From positions 42,470,001 to 42,534,000 of the forward strand of contig OX597823.1 of the NCBI GenBank assembly GCA_951406725.2: DNA of 64,000 nucleotides, in the 5' to 3' direction. A program made the translations under genes and the position numbers. Origin of the DNA: Octopus vulgaris (taxonomy: Eukaryota). Below the pieces are notes generated by a model. It was not told the origin of the DNA. It searched no databases and saw only the letters and a program-made list of their open reading frames with translations. Each line of letters starts with the position of its first letter. Positions within the stretch are counted from its first letter, which is position 1. Positions 37,192 to 50,098 of the stretch are shown one piece after another.

Positions 37192-37730
37192 TATATATAA
37201 TTATATATAATTAATTTCACCCTTTATTGTTACTGATAACCATATTTTATCCCAGTAAATGACCACAGCATCTTGTCTTGGCTACACGTGGGTGGAAAGG
37301 GGCTGGTGACACAAACTTTCATTCACACTTTGAATTTCGTGGTACTGGTAATGGCTTTAGCTCGCTCTGACACTGAGTTGAGATGATGTCTTCTAGTATC
37401 TCAAAATTTAATATACAATTATTCATAATTGTAGTGTCCTACGCTGATGAGAAAAGAAGTTGGGTAAGGTAGAATTATCTAATTCTTATGCTTTCCTAAA
37501 ACTTGATTTCGAAACGTACGTCCGTAGGTGACTTAAAATTGTATGATAGATTGCCGTCATTTCATTCTCTCTTACCTGTCTGTGTTTGCCTTTCAAGTGC
37601 TGTGTTTTTACTGAGATCTCCCTTTTAGTAGAAAGAATAGCTATAACTCTTTGACTGCTATTTCTAAATTCGGTGTGTGGTGAGGCAATTCGTTGCTAAA
37701 CCCTTAATTGCTTAGTATTATATATATATA
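37192..37730 (+). mobile_element. ~540 bp non-coding TA-flanked element carrying an intact HHR
   Basis: Bounded by TA-rich tracts; 3' end gtgtggtgaggc..ttgctaaacccttaatt shared with the outer arm of the 34231-34908 fold-back. Confidence 0.7.
37438..37528 (+). ncRNA. Canonical type I hammerhead ribozyme; predicted cleavage after GUC at 37522
   Basis: cctacg-CTGATGA-gaaa..aagtt..agaatta/taattct..aactt..tttc-GAAA-cgtacg-TC-cgtagg. Perfect 6 bp stem I, G-C closed long stem II, palindromic stem III, all conserved core bases present. Confidence 0.9.
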
Positions 37731-37849
37731 TATATATATAATATATAATAAAGGACTATAGTGTTATTTCTTTCTTTTTAGCGATTATCAGCATAATTTA
37801 ACTTGTAATTATATGCATGTGCACATACACACACACACACACACACTAA

Positions 37850-38210
37850 TAGAGGTGGCCGTGTGGTTAGAATCTTGCTTCCCAACCACATAGTTCTGGT
37901 TTCAGTTCCACTGTGTGGCATCCTGATCTTTTACTATAGCCATCGAAGTGGATTTGGGAAATGGAAACTGAAAGAAGCCCATCATGTGTGTGTGTGTGTC
38001 TAGGTATCTGTATTTGTCGTCCCATCACCACTTGACAACTGGTGCTGGTGTGTTTACATCTCCGTAACTTTGTCGTTCGGCAAACGAGACCAAAGAATAA
38101 GTACTAGACTTTAAAAAATAAGTCCTGGGATCAATTGGTTCAACTAAAATCCTTCAAGGTGGTGCTCCAGCATGCCACAGTCAAATGACTGAAACAAATA
38201 AAAGAATAAG
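37850..38210 (+). mobile_element. Family B SINE
   Basis: cttgcttcccaaccacatagttctgg...aaatgactgaaacaaataaaaga. Confidence 0.8.
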
Positions 38211-38249
<39 letters not shown>

Positions 38250-39084
38250 CACATATTTGTATACACACACACATATACACAAACTACACACTCACACACA
38301 CACTCATATACATGTATTTGATTCACTCAATCTGAGTATATAACTGGTATCTAATTTTACTCATATTGAAGGTAAGAAGGGAAAAGTCAGCCCTGGTGAA
38401 ATTTGAGCTCAGAATAGAATATAAAAGGATTTAGCTCAATACATTTAGGTATCTCCATCCCCAGGCTAATAATATTTACAAGAATAGACAAAGTGAAGAC
38501 GGCAGATGGGGTAGGGTGATGTGATGGGGGTGTAGATAGGAAGAAATGAAAGATTCTTTCAAGCAAATCCAATCATTTCAAACTGCAATGTGCTACACAT
38601 GCACTTAATTCTTAATCAAGATTATCCTGAAATGTATTATGGATTGCTTGAGTGCAAATTACTGAATAGAATGTGCAACCATAATGGATGTGAATGCATG
38701 CAGCTATTCACGTCAACCACCCTTCCATCTTGTGTCCAATTTCATTAACTACCAAGATACCTGACTGATCATTAGGAGACATGTTCTCAGTTATGAATAT
38801 TTTGTATGTTGTTTAGCCCCAAGTCAATTTTAGTTAAGTAGACCTAAAATCAAAAGCATTCCAGCTATGACCATCCAAACTTTTATTTTATTTAATTATT
38901 TTTTTCAGCCTATCTCAGAATACATTACTCAACCTAACCTTTCCTTATTTAAAATAACATGGTGTGATATGAGGAAGATTTAGCTGCTCTTTCAAGCTTG
39001 GTTTAATGACAGCATAAATACTTCCACTTTCACAAATAATATTGTTGTTGTTTAGTGTAAGAGGAATAAGAGGTGGGGCAAATA

Positions 39085-39390
39085 AAGTTGCTAGAGGTGG
39101 TGGTGGTGGTGACAGTAGTATGTGATAATGGTGGTTGTAGTAGTAGGGGTGGTAGTGGTTAATAGCTGCGGTAGTAGTATGTAGTGATGGTGGTAGTGGA
39201 GGGCTGTGAGATGGTGGGTCTGGTGACAGTGGTACAGAATGTGGTGGTAGTTGTGGCAATAGTGGCTGAAATAAGTGGTTGGTGGTGGCAGTGGTGGTGG
39301 TCATGGTGGTAAGTGGGACTGGTGTTGCTGTCGGCATTAGTGGTGATAGTAGTAATAATAGGGGTGGGGATAAGCTTGCAGTGATGTTAT
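39085..39390. repeat. Degenerate (GGT)n low-complexity tract
   Basis: Directly visible. Confidence 0.8.
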
Positions 39391-39404
39391 AGTGCTGCCT
39401 CATT

Positions 39405-40189
39405 GGTGGCTGTGTGGTAAGAAACTTGCTTCCCAACCACATGATTCTGGGTTCAGTCCCACTTCATTGCACCTTGGACAAGTGTCTTCTACTATGGACT
39501 GAGGCCTTGTGAGTGGATTTGGTAGACAGAATCTGAAAGAAGCCTGTCATAAATATATGTATATATTTATGTGTCTCCGTGTCTGTGTTTGTCCCCTCAT
39601 CACCCCTTGACAATCAGTTGGTGTGTTTGTGTCACCATAACTTAGCTGTTTGGCAGAAGAGACCAATAGAATAAATACCAGGCTTAACAAAAAAATAAAT
39701 ACTGGGGTTGATTCATTCGACTAAAAGAATTTTTCAAGGTGGTGCCCCAGCATGGCTGCACTCTAATGACAGAAACAAGTAAACGATAAAAAAGATAAAA
39801 GATGTAGGAGTGACTGTGTGGTAAGTAGCTTGCTTATGAATCACATGGTTCCAGGTTCAGTCCCACTGTGTGGCACCTTGGGTATGTGTCATCTACTATA
39901 GCTTCAGGCCAACCAAAGCCTTGTGAGTGGATTTGGTAGACGGAAATTGAAAGAAGCCCGTTGTATATATACTCTCTTTTTACTCTTTACTCTTTTACTT
40001 GTTTCAGTCATTTGACTGCGGCCATGCTGGAGCACCGCCTTAAGTCGACCAAATCGACCCCGGGACTTATTCTTTGTAAGCCCAGTACTTATTCTATTGG
40101 TCTCTTTTGCCGAACTGCTAAGTGACGGGGACGTAAACACACCAGCATCGGTTGTCAAGCAATGCTAGGGGGACAAACACAGACACACA

Positions 40190-40220
<31 letters not shown>

Positions 40221-40587
40221 CATATATACGACAGACTTCTTTCAGTTTACGTCTACCAAATCCACTCACAAGGCATTGGTCGGCCCGGGGCTATAGCAGA
40301 AGACACTTGCCCAAGATGCCACGCAGTGGGACTGAAGCCGGAACCATGTGGTTGGTTAGCAAGCTACTTGTGTGTTTGTGTGTGTGTGTTTGTCCCCCAC
40401 AACATCACTTGACAACCAATGCTGGTGTGTTTACGTCCCCGTAACTTAGCTGTTTGGCAAAAGAGACCGATAGAATAAGTACTAGGCTTACAAAGAATAA
40501 GCCCTTGGGGTCGATTTGCTCGACTAAAGGCGGTGCTTCAGTATGGCCACAGTCAAATGACCGAAACAAGTAAAAGAGTAAAGAGTA
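39405..40587. mobile_element. Cluster of three family B SINEs, one nested in inverted orientation
   Basis: + copy 39405-39800; + head 39805-39962; - copy 39975-40368; + tail 40369-40587. Confidence 0.85.
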
Positions 40588-41470
40588 TATAAAGTATCAC
40601 AAATAAATGATATGACACTTGTATGTGACTGATACCATGTGACAAGTACCATATGACAGTTACCATGTGACAGTGATGATAACAACAGCAATGTCATAGG
40701 GTGAAGCAACAGCAATGCATTGCTCACTCTAATGGTGAGCTTTAAGTGAAGGCAGGAAACAGTCATTTTAAATTCTGATGTAAAATATCCATAATGACTG
40801 TTGCCAAGTAATCTTTTTCTCTGTACATTTTTTCTTGAAATTTCTTATTGGCTATTTTATTTTTCACTCTTTACAAGGATTTTTGTTCCTCAACTCATTA
40901 TCTCTCAGTTCCTCTCTCTCTCTCTCTCTTTCGCTTTCTCTCTCTCTCTCTCTCTCTCTTGTACTATCATACCCTTTCTACTTTATCTCTCCTTCACTTC
41001 CCCCACTCCTCTCTTAATCTCCTCTTTTCTTCCTATTTCTTTGTCTCTGTCTCTCTCTATATCTCTTCCTCTCTCCTTAACTACACATACCCTTATTCTG
41101 TTCCTTCATCAATTTTCTCCTCTTTCCTTTTCTATTCTCATCTTTCCTCATCTTCCATGTCCCATTCCACATTTTCTTCTACTTCATTATCCTCTCTCTC
41201 TGTCTGCCTGTCCCTCCATCTGCCCAACTGTCACACTGTGTGTGTGCCTGTGTCCTCTCTCTCTTTCTCTCCTTCCTCTCCCTCTCTGTCACCCCAACAA
41301 ACACTAGCACACACAAACTCCTCTCTTTGACTATACCCACTCCCAATTCTCTGTAACCTCTTTATTACTCTCTTTAATCTGCCTTCACTCTCACTCTAGT
41401 ATTTTGTTTTTCTGCCCCCTCTAACACTCCCAATTTTTATTCTCTTGGTGTCTTTCCAGTGCTCCAAAAC

Positions 41471-41491
41471 ATCTATCTATCTATCTATTTT

Positions 41492-41567
<76 letters not shown>

Positions 41568-41683
41568 CCTACCTGTCTGTCTGTTTGTCTATCTATCTTT
41601 CAATCTACTTACCTACCAACCTACCCATTTATCTGTCTGTCTCTGTCTCTCTCTCTCTCTATCTATCTATCTGTCTATTTATC

Positions 41684-41771
<88 letters not shown>

Positions 41772-41880
41772 CATCTATCTATTCATCTCTCTCTACCTGT
41801 CTGTCTGTCTCTGTGTGTACCTGTCTGCCCATTCATCAGTCCATGTCTCTGAGTATCAGTCTGTCTGTCTGTCTATCTAT
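41471..41880. repeat. (TCTA)n/(TCTG)n microsatellite following a long pyrimidine-rich tract
   Basis: Directly visible; 40905-41340 is (CT)-rich. Confidence 0.95.
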
Positions 41881-43039
41881 TCTCTTCTATCCATTTATCT
41901 TTATCACTTCATCATTCGTTTTTATATCAATCTATAATTTCTTCTCTATCAACTTCACATCTTCTGTCTCTGATAATATCTGGCAGAATTATCCAATCCA
42001 TGGAAGGTTTTGCTTCCTTAAATTCTTAAACAACTTCAAATTCATCAACGCCATCTTCAACAACACCACCATCATCATTGTCATCATCATCATCATGATC
42101 ATCATTATCATTGTTATCAATGTCGTCATCGTCGTCGTCATCATCATCATCATCACCATCATTATCATCATTTAGTTTTCCAAATATTTGAAGTTGTTTT
42201 TGAAGAATTTTAACACATGTTTTGTGTTATAAAGTTGTTTTTTTCTTTTATTATTAGAGTGTGTTTCACAATTTCCATAAACATATATGACTGTGTATTT
42301 GCATGTATTTGACTGTGTATGTTTTGTGTATGTGTACATGTATATTTTTGTTTGTTTGTGTGTTTAAGTATGTGTGTGTGTGTTCCCAGGCTTTTGGGGC
42401 TTTTTCTATAGTTTTTTTTTTTTGTTTTTAATTCATCTTTAATCTCTGTCTAATGTTTTCTTTTTACTTTCTGACAGTTGGCAAAGGTATTAACCAAAAC
42501 AAATAAATAAATAAAATTTAATAAAAAGTGAACAAATATTTTAGATGATTAAATGGGAAACTATGGAAGCCAGCTTATTTCACTCCTACTCCTATCTCCC
42601 CTACTCCAGTAATCTTCAATTTTATTTCACAAATCAACAGGAGAGCTCTTACAAAGTCACTCAGTCTTCTTTCTGTACCCAACCAGATGTTTAACAACCA
42701 CCTCCCCACTGTCTTAAAATCAGACTATCTGTACTAATTTTTGTATTTTCAGATAACATGGTTTGATAACAATTATACAGAAGTGGTCAAGGCTAGAATG
42801 TTGATTGGGTTGAATGCAGAATTTCAACCCAAATTTATGGCTGGGTACTTTATATATATATATATACATTGTATAGGCACAGGCAGGGCTGTGTTGTAAG
42901 AAGCTAGGTTCCTAACCACCACATGTTTCTGGATTCAGTCCTACTGCATGGCACCTAAGGCAAGTGTCTTCTACTAAAGCCTTGGGCTGACCAAATCCTT
43001 GTGAGTGGATTAAGTAGCTGGAAGCTGAAAGAAGCCCAT

Positions 43040-43077
<38 letters not shown>

Positions 43078-43089
43078 TATATCCAAACA

Positions 43090-44095
43090 TATATGTACAT
43101 ACCTACATATATATGTATATATACATGCATATATGGGTACAGGACATCAAAAAAAAGAAAAACCGTTGAACACAATGAGAAACGAAAATATTAAAACAAA
43201 AATATAGAAACGAACTTCTTTTTGGAACAACGGAAAAACAAAACAGAGAAACGAGACATGCAACCTAAAGAATATTCCCCTTCTTCAGTTGTACCTGTTT
43301 CATCTACTCCGCGTTGGAAGGCAAGGACAATATGCGATTTCATTGAAACAGTCTTTCCCGCAAAGCAAATTAAATAAAATTTGGGATTTTTTGCAGAGGG
43401 TGAAAGTGGTAACAAGAACAGAGCAGCGAGAACAAAACAGTAAAAACAAACGGTGAGGGTTGTTAAGCCAAGACGATAGAAAAATTATGAATGCTAGGAA
43501 GACGAGCTTATGAGAGGAGTCCAGTATAAGCACATTTTGTCTTTATGAAGGTAGTGAGCAGAAAGATAGATTCTCTTTCATCACGTGTCAGCGACGCGAG
43601 AGTCGAGGAGGAGGAGTGAGAGAGAGAGAGAGAACAGTGAAGAGGAGAGGAGGAGTGAGAGAGAGAGAGAGAACAGTGAAGAGGAGAGGAGAAGAGTAGG
43701 GAGGCGGGGACAGAAAACCAGAAAGGACGAAGAACAAGAGAGGGTGAGAGAAGAGATAGTAGAAATAGAAGAGTGCGCATCGTAATTATTGAGATAAAAC
43801 TTGGAAAAGGATGCGTGGCGTTCGATCATATAATAATATAAATAATATATGCATATATACATATATATATGTACATACCTACACATATATGTATATATAC
43901 ATGCATATATGGGTTCATGACATAAAAGACGTTGAACACAATGGGAAACGAAAACATGAAAATAGAAACATAGAAACAAACTTATTTTGGAACAACGAAG
44001 AGAAATGAGACATACAATATAAAGAATATTCCCCTTAAAACTTACTTGGAAGAGGGTACATGGCGTTCCATCATATAATAATATAAATCATATAT
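43090..44095. repeat. Two tandem copies of a TA-embedded element (~775 bp and an internally deleted ~230 bp copy)
   Basis: 43090-43282 recurs at 43867-44036 (gttgaacacaatg.gaaacgaaaa..aagaatattcccctt); 43795-43850 recurs at 44036-44095. Confidence 0.75.
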
Positions 44096-44407
44096 ATATA
44101 TTTATATATATATATAAATTAGGATAAGACCGTTAATTTAAAATAAAATAACGATCTTATCAAGTAGCCAGCATGGAAAAAATAACCTTCAAAGGTAATA
44201 ATTATTAAAATTATAAATCAGGGTATCTACGAGATACCACCATGCTGAAAATAGCAGCCATGATCCGACTCTAAAACCACCTTAAGTTTTCATATAGCAA
44301 CATGGAGAGAAGAGAAAGAGACAAGATGAAACTAGTAAAAAATTACTGGATATGCATATATACATACACTCACACAAAATTTGAGTTAAAAGAAAAATAA
44401 TAATAAT

Positions 44408-45110
44408 AATCCTTTCTACAATAAGCACAATGAAAAAAATTGGGGGGAGGGGGCTAGTTGATTACATCGACCCCCAGTAATCAACTAGTACTTGTTTTAT
44501 CGACCCCCAAAGGGATGAAAGGTAAGGTAAAGTTGACCTTGACAGAATTTGAACTCAGAATGTAGCAAAGGGCAAAATGTCACTGAACCTTTTGCCTAGC
44601 GTGCTAACGGTTCTGCTAGCTCAATTCCATTTTACTATAAGCAAAAGGCCTGAAATTTTGGGGGACGGGGTAAGTTGATCACACCAACAGCAGTGCATAA
44701 CTATTACTTATTTCATTGATCCCAAAAGGATGAAAGACAAAGCTGACTGTGGCAGAATCTGAACACAAAATGTAAAAATGGATGAAATACTGCTAAGCAT
44801 TTCACCCAGTGTGCTAAGAATTCTACCAGCTTACCACCTTCTATAATAATAACAATAATGATAATAATAATAATCATAATAATATTAATAATCCTTTCTA
44901 GTGAAGGCACAAGGCCTTGAAATTTGGGAGGAGAGAACTAGTCAATTACATTGTTCCCAGTGTTTCACTGCAACTCATTTTATTGATCCTGAAAGGCAAA
45001 GTCGACCTTAGCAGAATTTGGACTCAGAACATAAGGACAGATGAACTGCTACTAAGGATTTCACCTGGTGTGCAAAGGATTCTGCCAGCTTGCCACCTTA
45101 ATAATAATGG
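44408..45110 (-). mobile_element. Array of three family A SINEs (two more at ~46070-46275 and ~46318-46460)
   Basis: Repeated gaaaggcaaagtcgacc..gcagaatttgaactcagaa units, mostly separated by (AAT)n. Confidence 0.8.
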
Positions 45111-45120
45111 TAATAATAAT

Positions 45121-46039
45121 AACAAGAGCACTCAGAGAGCACAAACCTCCACCAAGGCAATACCAACATCCTCTCAACGATCAACCAGAGATGATTTTTA
45201 AAATGAGAATATCTGAGATAAACTCGACTACTCTCACAAACGAGAATACTAAAAATTAATCCAACCGCTCTAAAACATTAAGTAAAAAACTCTTAAAATA
45301 ATCCACAATCCTTGTCCAGTGCCTGTACGATCCCAATAGAATGTAAAGGTGGCTGTGGAAAATTTAGTAACAGTAATAAATAGTTTATCCTTATCTAATA
45401 CTAGCGTAAGTTAACAAATTCACCATTCAAAATAGTTTCAAAGACGGACGTAATAATAATTTCTACTCAGGAATTTTTAAATGAATATCATGAGACCTTT
45501 TGGTTTTCTCTTCTCTTAAATTCCAACCTTCCTTTAGTATTCATGATGTTTTAGATCGATGTATAGATGCATGTATATATGTAAGTATAGTGTAAAGTGT
45601 TAATATGTATATAAGATATATAATATATATATATTATAAAAATATATTAGTGTTATTTAATTTCTGAATGGTTTTGCTGCCGTTTGTTTATGTAGTTTGA
45701 TTTCTTTATCCATCAGTTTCTACTAAGATACAGATGCGAGTAAAATTAATAATAGAGAAATGGAAATAAAACTTTGGAAACAGCCTAAAGGGAGACAATT
45801 GAGAAAGACTTGAAAGTGAACATAAGATCGTAATCATGTTAATTAAATGTAGCAAACAATCTAGAATCCTTGTCCAGTACTGAATTGATCCCCAAATCTA
45901 ATCAGTTCATGCCAGTTATGGGGCCAAACATCCCTGAAAGTTTCATCCAAATCCATCCTGTGGTTCTTGACATATCTTATCCGTGGACAAACAAAAAAAA
46001 AACAACTGAAAACAATACCTTTGTCTTCGCTAAGGCGGA

Positions 46040-46044
<5 letters not shown>
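45121..46044 (+). mobile_element. Non-autonomous Helentron-type (HINE/DINE-1-like) element
   Basis: Subterminal acctccacc (45145) is an imperfect inverted match to terminal ggcggaggt (46034-46042); 3' hairpin acctttgtctt-cgct-aaggcggaggt; internal direct repeat aatccttgtccagt; inserted in (AAT)n. Confidence 0.55.
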
Positions 46045-46072
<28 letters not shown>

Positions 46073-46829
46073 CCTTTCTGTTATAGGCACAAGGTCTGAA
46101 GTTTTGTTGGGAGGGGCTAGTCGATTCCAAGGACCCCAGAATTTCACTGGTATTTAATTTATCGACCCTGAAAGGATGAAAGGCAAAGTCGACCTTGGCA
46201 GAATTTGAACTCAGAACATAGCAACAGGCAAAATACCGCTAATCATTTTGTCCAGCGTGCTAACAACTGTGTCAGCTCACCGCCTTAATAATGATAATAA
46301 CGATAATAGTAATAATAATCCTTTCTACTGTAGGAACAAGGCCTGGAATTTTGTGGGGACTAAGGGGCTAGTGAATTACATTGAGCCAAGTGTTCAATTG
46401 GAACTTACATTATTCACCTTTGCAGAATTTAAACTCAGAATGTAACGACGTGAAATGCTAAACTAATAGTAATAACTGTATTAACAGAACAAAAAAAAAA
46501 AAAATAATGGTCTACATGTTTTTGACCTTTTTTTTTTACTCAAAAGTCAGAGAAAATTTATTTTTGAATTTCTTTAATGAAATATGTTGCAAATATAAAA
46601 AAAATGTTTTTTAGTTATCTCCTTCAAATTTTGTTTATCAAAACAAAATTCCTTTTGATTTTCAATGTTTTAAAAAAAATGCTGTAAATGTATACAAGAG
46701 AGAGAGAGAAAAAAGAGAGAGAAAGTGAGAGAGAAGGGGAGAGAGAGGAACAGCAGCAGCAAACTGTCACATTCCACCAATGCATCAAAACTGGTACCAC
46801 ATGATGATGATGATCATCATCATCATAAT

Positions 46830-47310
46830 CATCATCGTTTAACATCCGTTTTCCGTGCTAGCACGGGTTGGACGGTTCGACCGGGGTCTGGGAAGCCAGG
46901 AGGCTGCACCAGGCTCCAGTCTGATCTGGCAGTGTTTCTACAGCTGGATGCCCTTCTTAACTCCAACCACTCCGTGAGTGTAGTGGGTGCTTTTTACGTG
47001 CCACCGGCACAGATGCCAGGGGAGGCTGGAAGCGGCCACGATCGGTTGGTGCTTTTTAGGTGCCACCGGCACATCGCCAGTCAAGGCGGCGCTGTCATCG
47101 GCCACGTTCAGATGGTGCTTTTTACGTGCCACCGGCACAGGTGCCAGGGGAGGCTGGAAGCGGCCACGATCGGTTGGTGCTTTTTAGGTGCCACCGGCAC
47201 AGAAGCCAGTCAAGGCGGCGCTGTCATCGGCCACGTTCGGATGGTGCTTTTTACGTGTCACCGGCACATGTATCACAACTACAATTTCCATTTGATATTT
47301 ATTTTGATGT
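46830..47310 (-). mobile_element. Young family C SINE-like element with internal 62/66 bp alternating tandem repeat
   Basis: ggtgcttttta(c/g)gtg(c/t)caccggcac at 46986, 47048, 47114, 47176, 47243; CpG-rich; (CAT)n tail. Confidence 0.8.
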
Positions 47311-47454
47311 TGATGGTAAATAGCAGAAATATTTATAGCTTGAGAAATACCTTGATATCTTGCAGTTTTGACAATGAATGTACCTATGAACTCATACAGG
47401 AGGGAAATGAGTTATATCAGATTTGTTTGGGTACAAACATACTTGATATGGAGG

Positions 47455-47865
47455 TGCAGATATGGCTGCATTGTATGAAGCTTGCTTCTCAACCACATAG
47501 TTTCAGATTCCGTCCCACTGCATGGCACATTGAGCAAGTGTTTTAACCTCAGGCCAACGAAAGCCTTGTGAGTTTATTTGGTAAAAGGCCGAAAGAAACT
47601 GAAAGATGACTGTCATTTATATGTATATGTATATGCATATAACTATGTGTATTATTACATATGTATTTGTTCCTCACCACTGTTAGCAAATGGTGTTGGT
47701 TTACTCGTATTTACATCCCCATAACTTAGCAGTTTGGCAATAGAAATCAATAGAATAAGTACTGGAGTTGATTTCTTCCACAAACCCTTCAAGGCAGTGT
47801 CACAACATGGCCGCAGTCCATGGAGTGAAACAAGTAAACAAGTAAAAGGTAAAAGAAAGATAAAA
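47455..47865 (+). mobile_element. Decayed family B SINE
   Basis: cttgcttctcaaccacatag...aatagaataagtact...gaaacaagtaaa. Confidence 0.7.
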
Positions 47866-47969
47866 GATACACATACAGACACAGACACACACACACTCAA
47901 ACAGATAGATAGATGGATGGATGGATAGCAAATACATATATAATGTATATGTATAAAAGCCTCAGTATA

Positions 47970-48854
47970 CACAGGGTGCTTGGGTAAATTGTCGCCATTT
48001 TATATTTTTAATTTCATGCATGTGCATTGTTCTTTTTATTTTCTCAACTACACAGTATAGTAGGGTCAGTTGGGCACCATCTGGAGAAAACAGCCTCATG
48101 ATGTAATTCACTCTGACAGAAATTTGGAAACAACATTCTGTACTGCTTGGAATTCTTGCCAGAAGCTCCAGTACGAACAGATGGTGAACACACAGAACAA
48201 CTGTTGGCTTGCAATGTCCCCAAAACATACGCTGAGAGTAATAAAAATCAAACATTCAGTCAACACATGGTGTTTGAAGTGAACACTAGTGATGGTGATA
48301 TTATGCCTCCATTCCTCTTCCCTCATGGCTTCAGACTCAACACGGAGGACTACATCATGTGCTTGAAGGAGGTGGTGCTGCCCTGGGTCAAGAGGATGGC
48401 TGCTGGAAGACCCTAGGTCTGGCAACAGGACCCTGCCCCAAGTCACACAAGCAGGAAAACACAGACACGGCTGTAAGACAATTTCTGCAACCACATCACC
48501 CCTCACATCTGGCCACCTAACTCCCCAGACTGCAACCCCCTTGATTATTATGTGTAGGGAACATTTGAATGAGAGACCAACAACACTTCTAGTAACACCG
48601 AAGAGGAAATGAAAGCAAGGATTATAGCAGCATTCACCAAATTAAACAAGGAGACTGTCCAAAAGAGTTGCATGAGATTCTAAAGTCATCTGGTGGCCAT
48701 GGTTGAAGCCAATGGCGATTTTATTGAATAAATTTATTCTTTAGTATTTCGAGGTATTTTGGGGTAATTTTGGTAAACATATCTGTTAAAATGAGTTGCC
48801 AGTGTTATTTTCATTTTTGGGTAATTTAGACGACAATATATTCACTACACCTTG
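47970..48854 (+). mobile_element. DD37D (maT) Tc1/mariner transposon, internally deleted
   Basis: WQQD followed by 37 residues to the D of SPDCNPLD; imperfect TIRs cagggtg..aaattgtcg and cgacaatat..caccttg; TA on both sides; in-frame stops. Confidence 0.88.
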
Positions 48855-49306
48855 TATATCTAATTGTATATATACAAACATAAATATATATGTATGAATA
48901 TAAATTCATATATATTTACACACACACATACACACACATACACACACACACATTACATATATCTTGATTACATTATAAAGTAGGTTTCCTTGCTTATATT
49001 CGTACAAGGAAAGAAGAATGCTTAATGTTCATGCTAATATCACGAAAGTGAATATGTGAAGACATGTATGCAGAAGAAATAAGTTATCAATCCAATATCA
49101 GGATTCCATGCTGCTCTACACATTCTGAAGCTGCTGTAAGTGTCATATTCAGTAGGAAAGAAGAATATTACTGAAGATGAAAATCTCCATCACATTAAAG
49201 AATCATGCAGTTGTATAAAGTCATAGTATTGGTGTTTTTTTATCTAAAGTTTTTATCTAACGTGTGTGTGTGTGTGTATATATATACATATACATATACA
49301 TACATA

Positions 49307-49356
<50 letters not shown>

Positions 49357-49430
49357 TATGTGTGTGTGTTTCTGTCTTTATATATATAAATTTAGAAATA
49401 CATACACACACATATGTATATATGTACATG

Positions 49431-49512
<82 letters not shown>

Positions 49513-49679
49513 CATGTACCCTATGGTCATAGATAAAGCCATAGCAAATTGAATCATGAATTCAGTTACATGTTACAGTTAAATGTATTTCGTATCAGGA
49601 ATCACCTTGGAATATGCACAAAAATGAAAGCTTCCATTTCCAAATGGAGTTACCATTCTGAGTAATTATATATTATATG

Positions 49680-49734
<55 letters not shown>

Positions 49735-49840
49735 TACACATAAATTTAAATACATATATATATATACATATATATATATGTGTGTGTGTGTGTGTAAATA
49801 AAAAAAAAAAAAAAAAAAAAAATAAAAAAAAAAAAAAAAA

Positions 49841-49877
<37 letters not shown>

Positions 49878-50066
49878 AAATGAAACAAGTGGAAAAATAC
49901 CAAATACCAGTGGTGAGAATATTTAAGCAAAAATTATCTTCTCATTTGTAGAATGAACATATAATCATATACATGTGTGTGTACATATACAAATATATTA
50001 TATATACATATATATATATATACATATTTATTTTAATATAAATATGGTTTAATATAAATATATTCG

Positions 50067-50098
<32 letters not shown>

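Noticed and set aside
38945-39442. Pro/Thr-rich 165 aa ORF
   Set aside because: Degenerate (ACC)n tract plus a SINE head.
46986-47268. CRISPR array
   Set aside because: Spacers repeat A-B-A-B, there are no cas genes, the context is eukaryotic and the array lies within a SINE-like element.
46725-47546. 273 aa ORF
   Set aside because: Runs through microsatellite, a SINE-like tandem repeat and another SINE; no domain signal.
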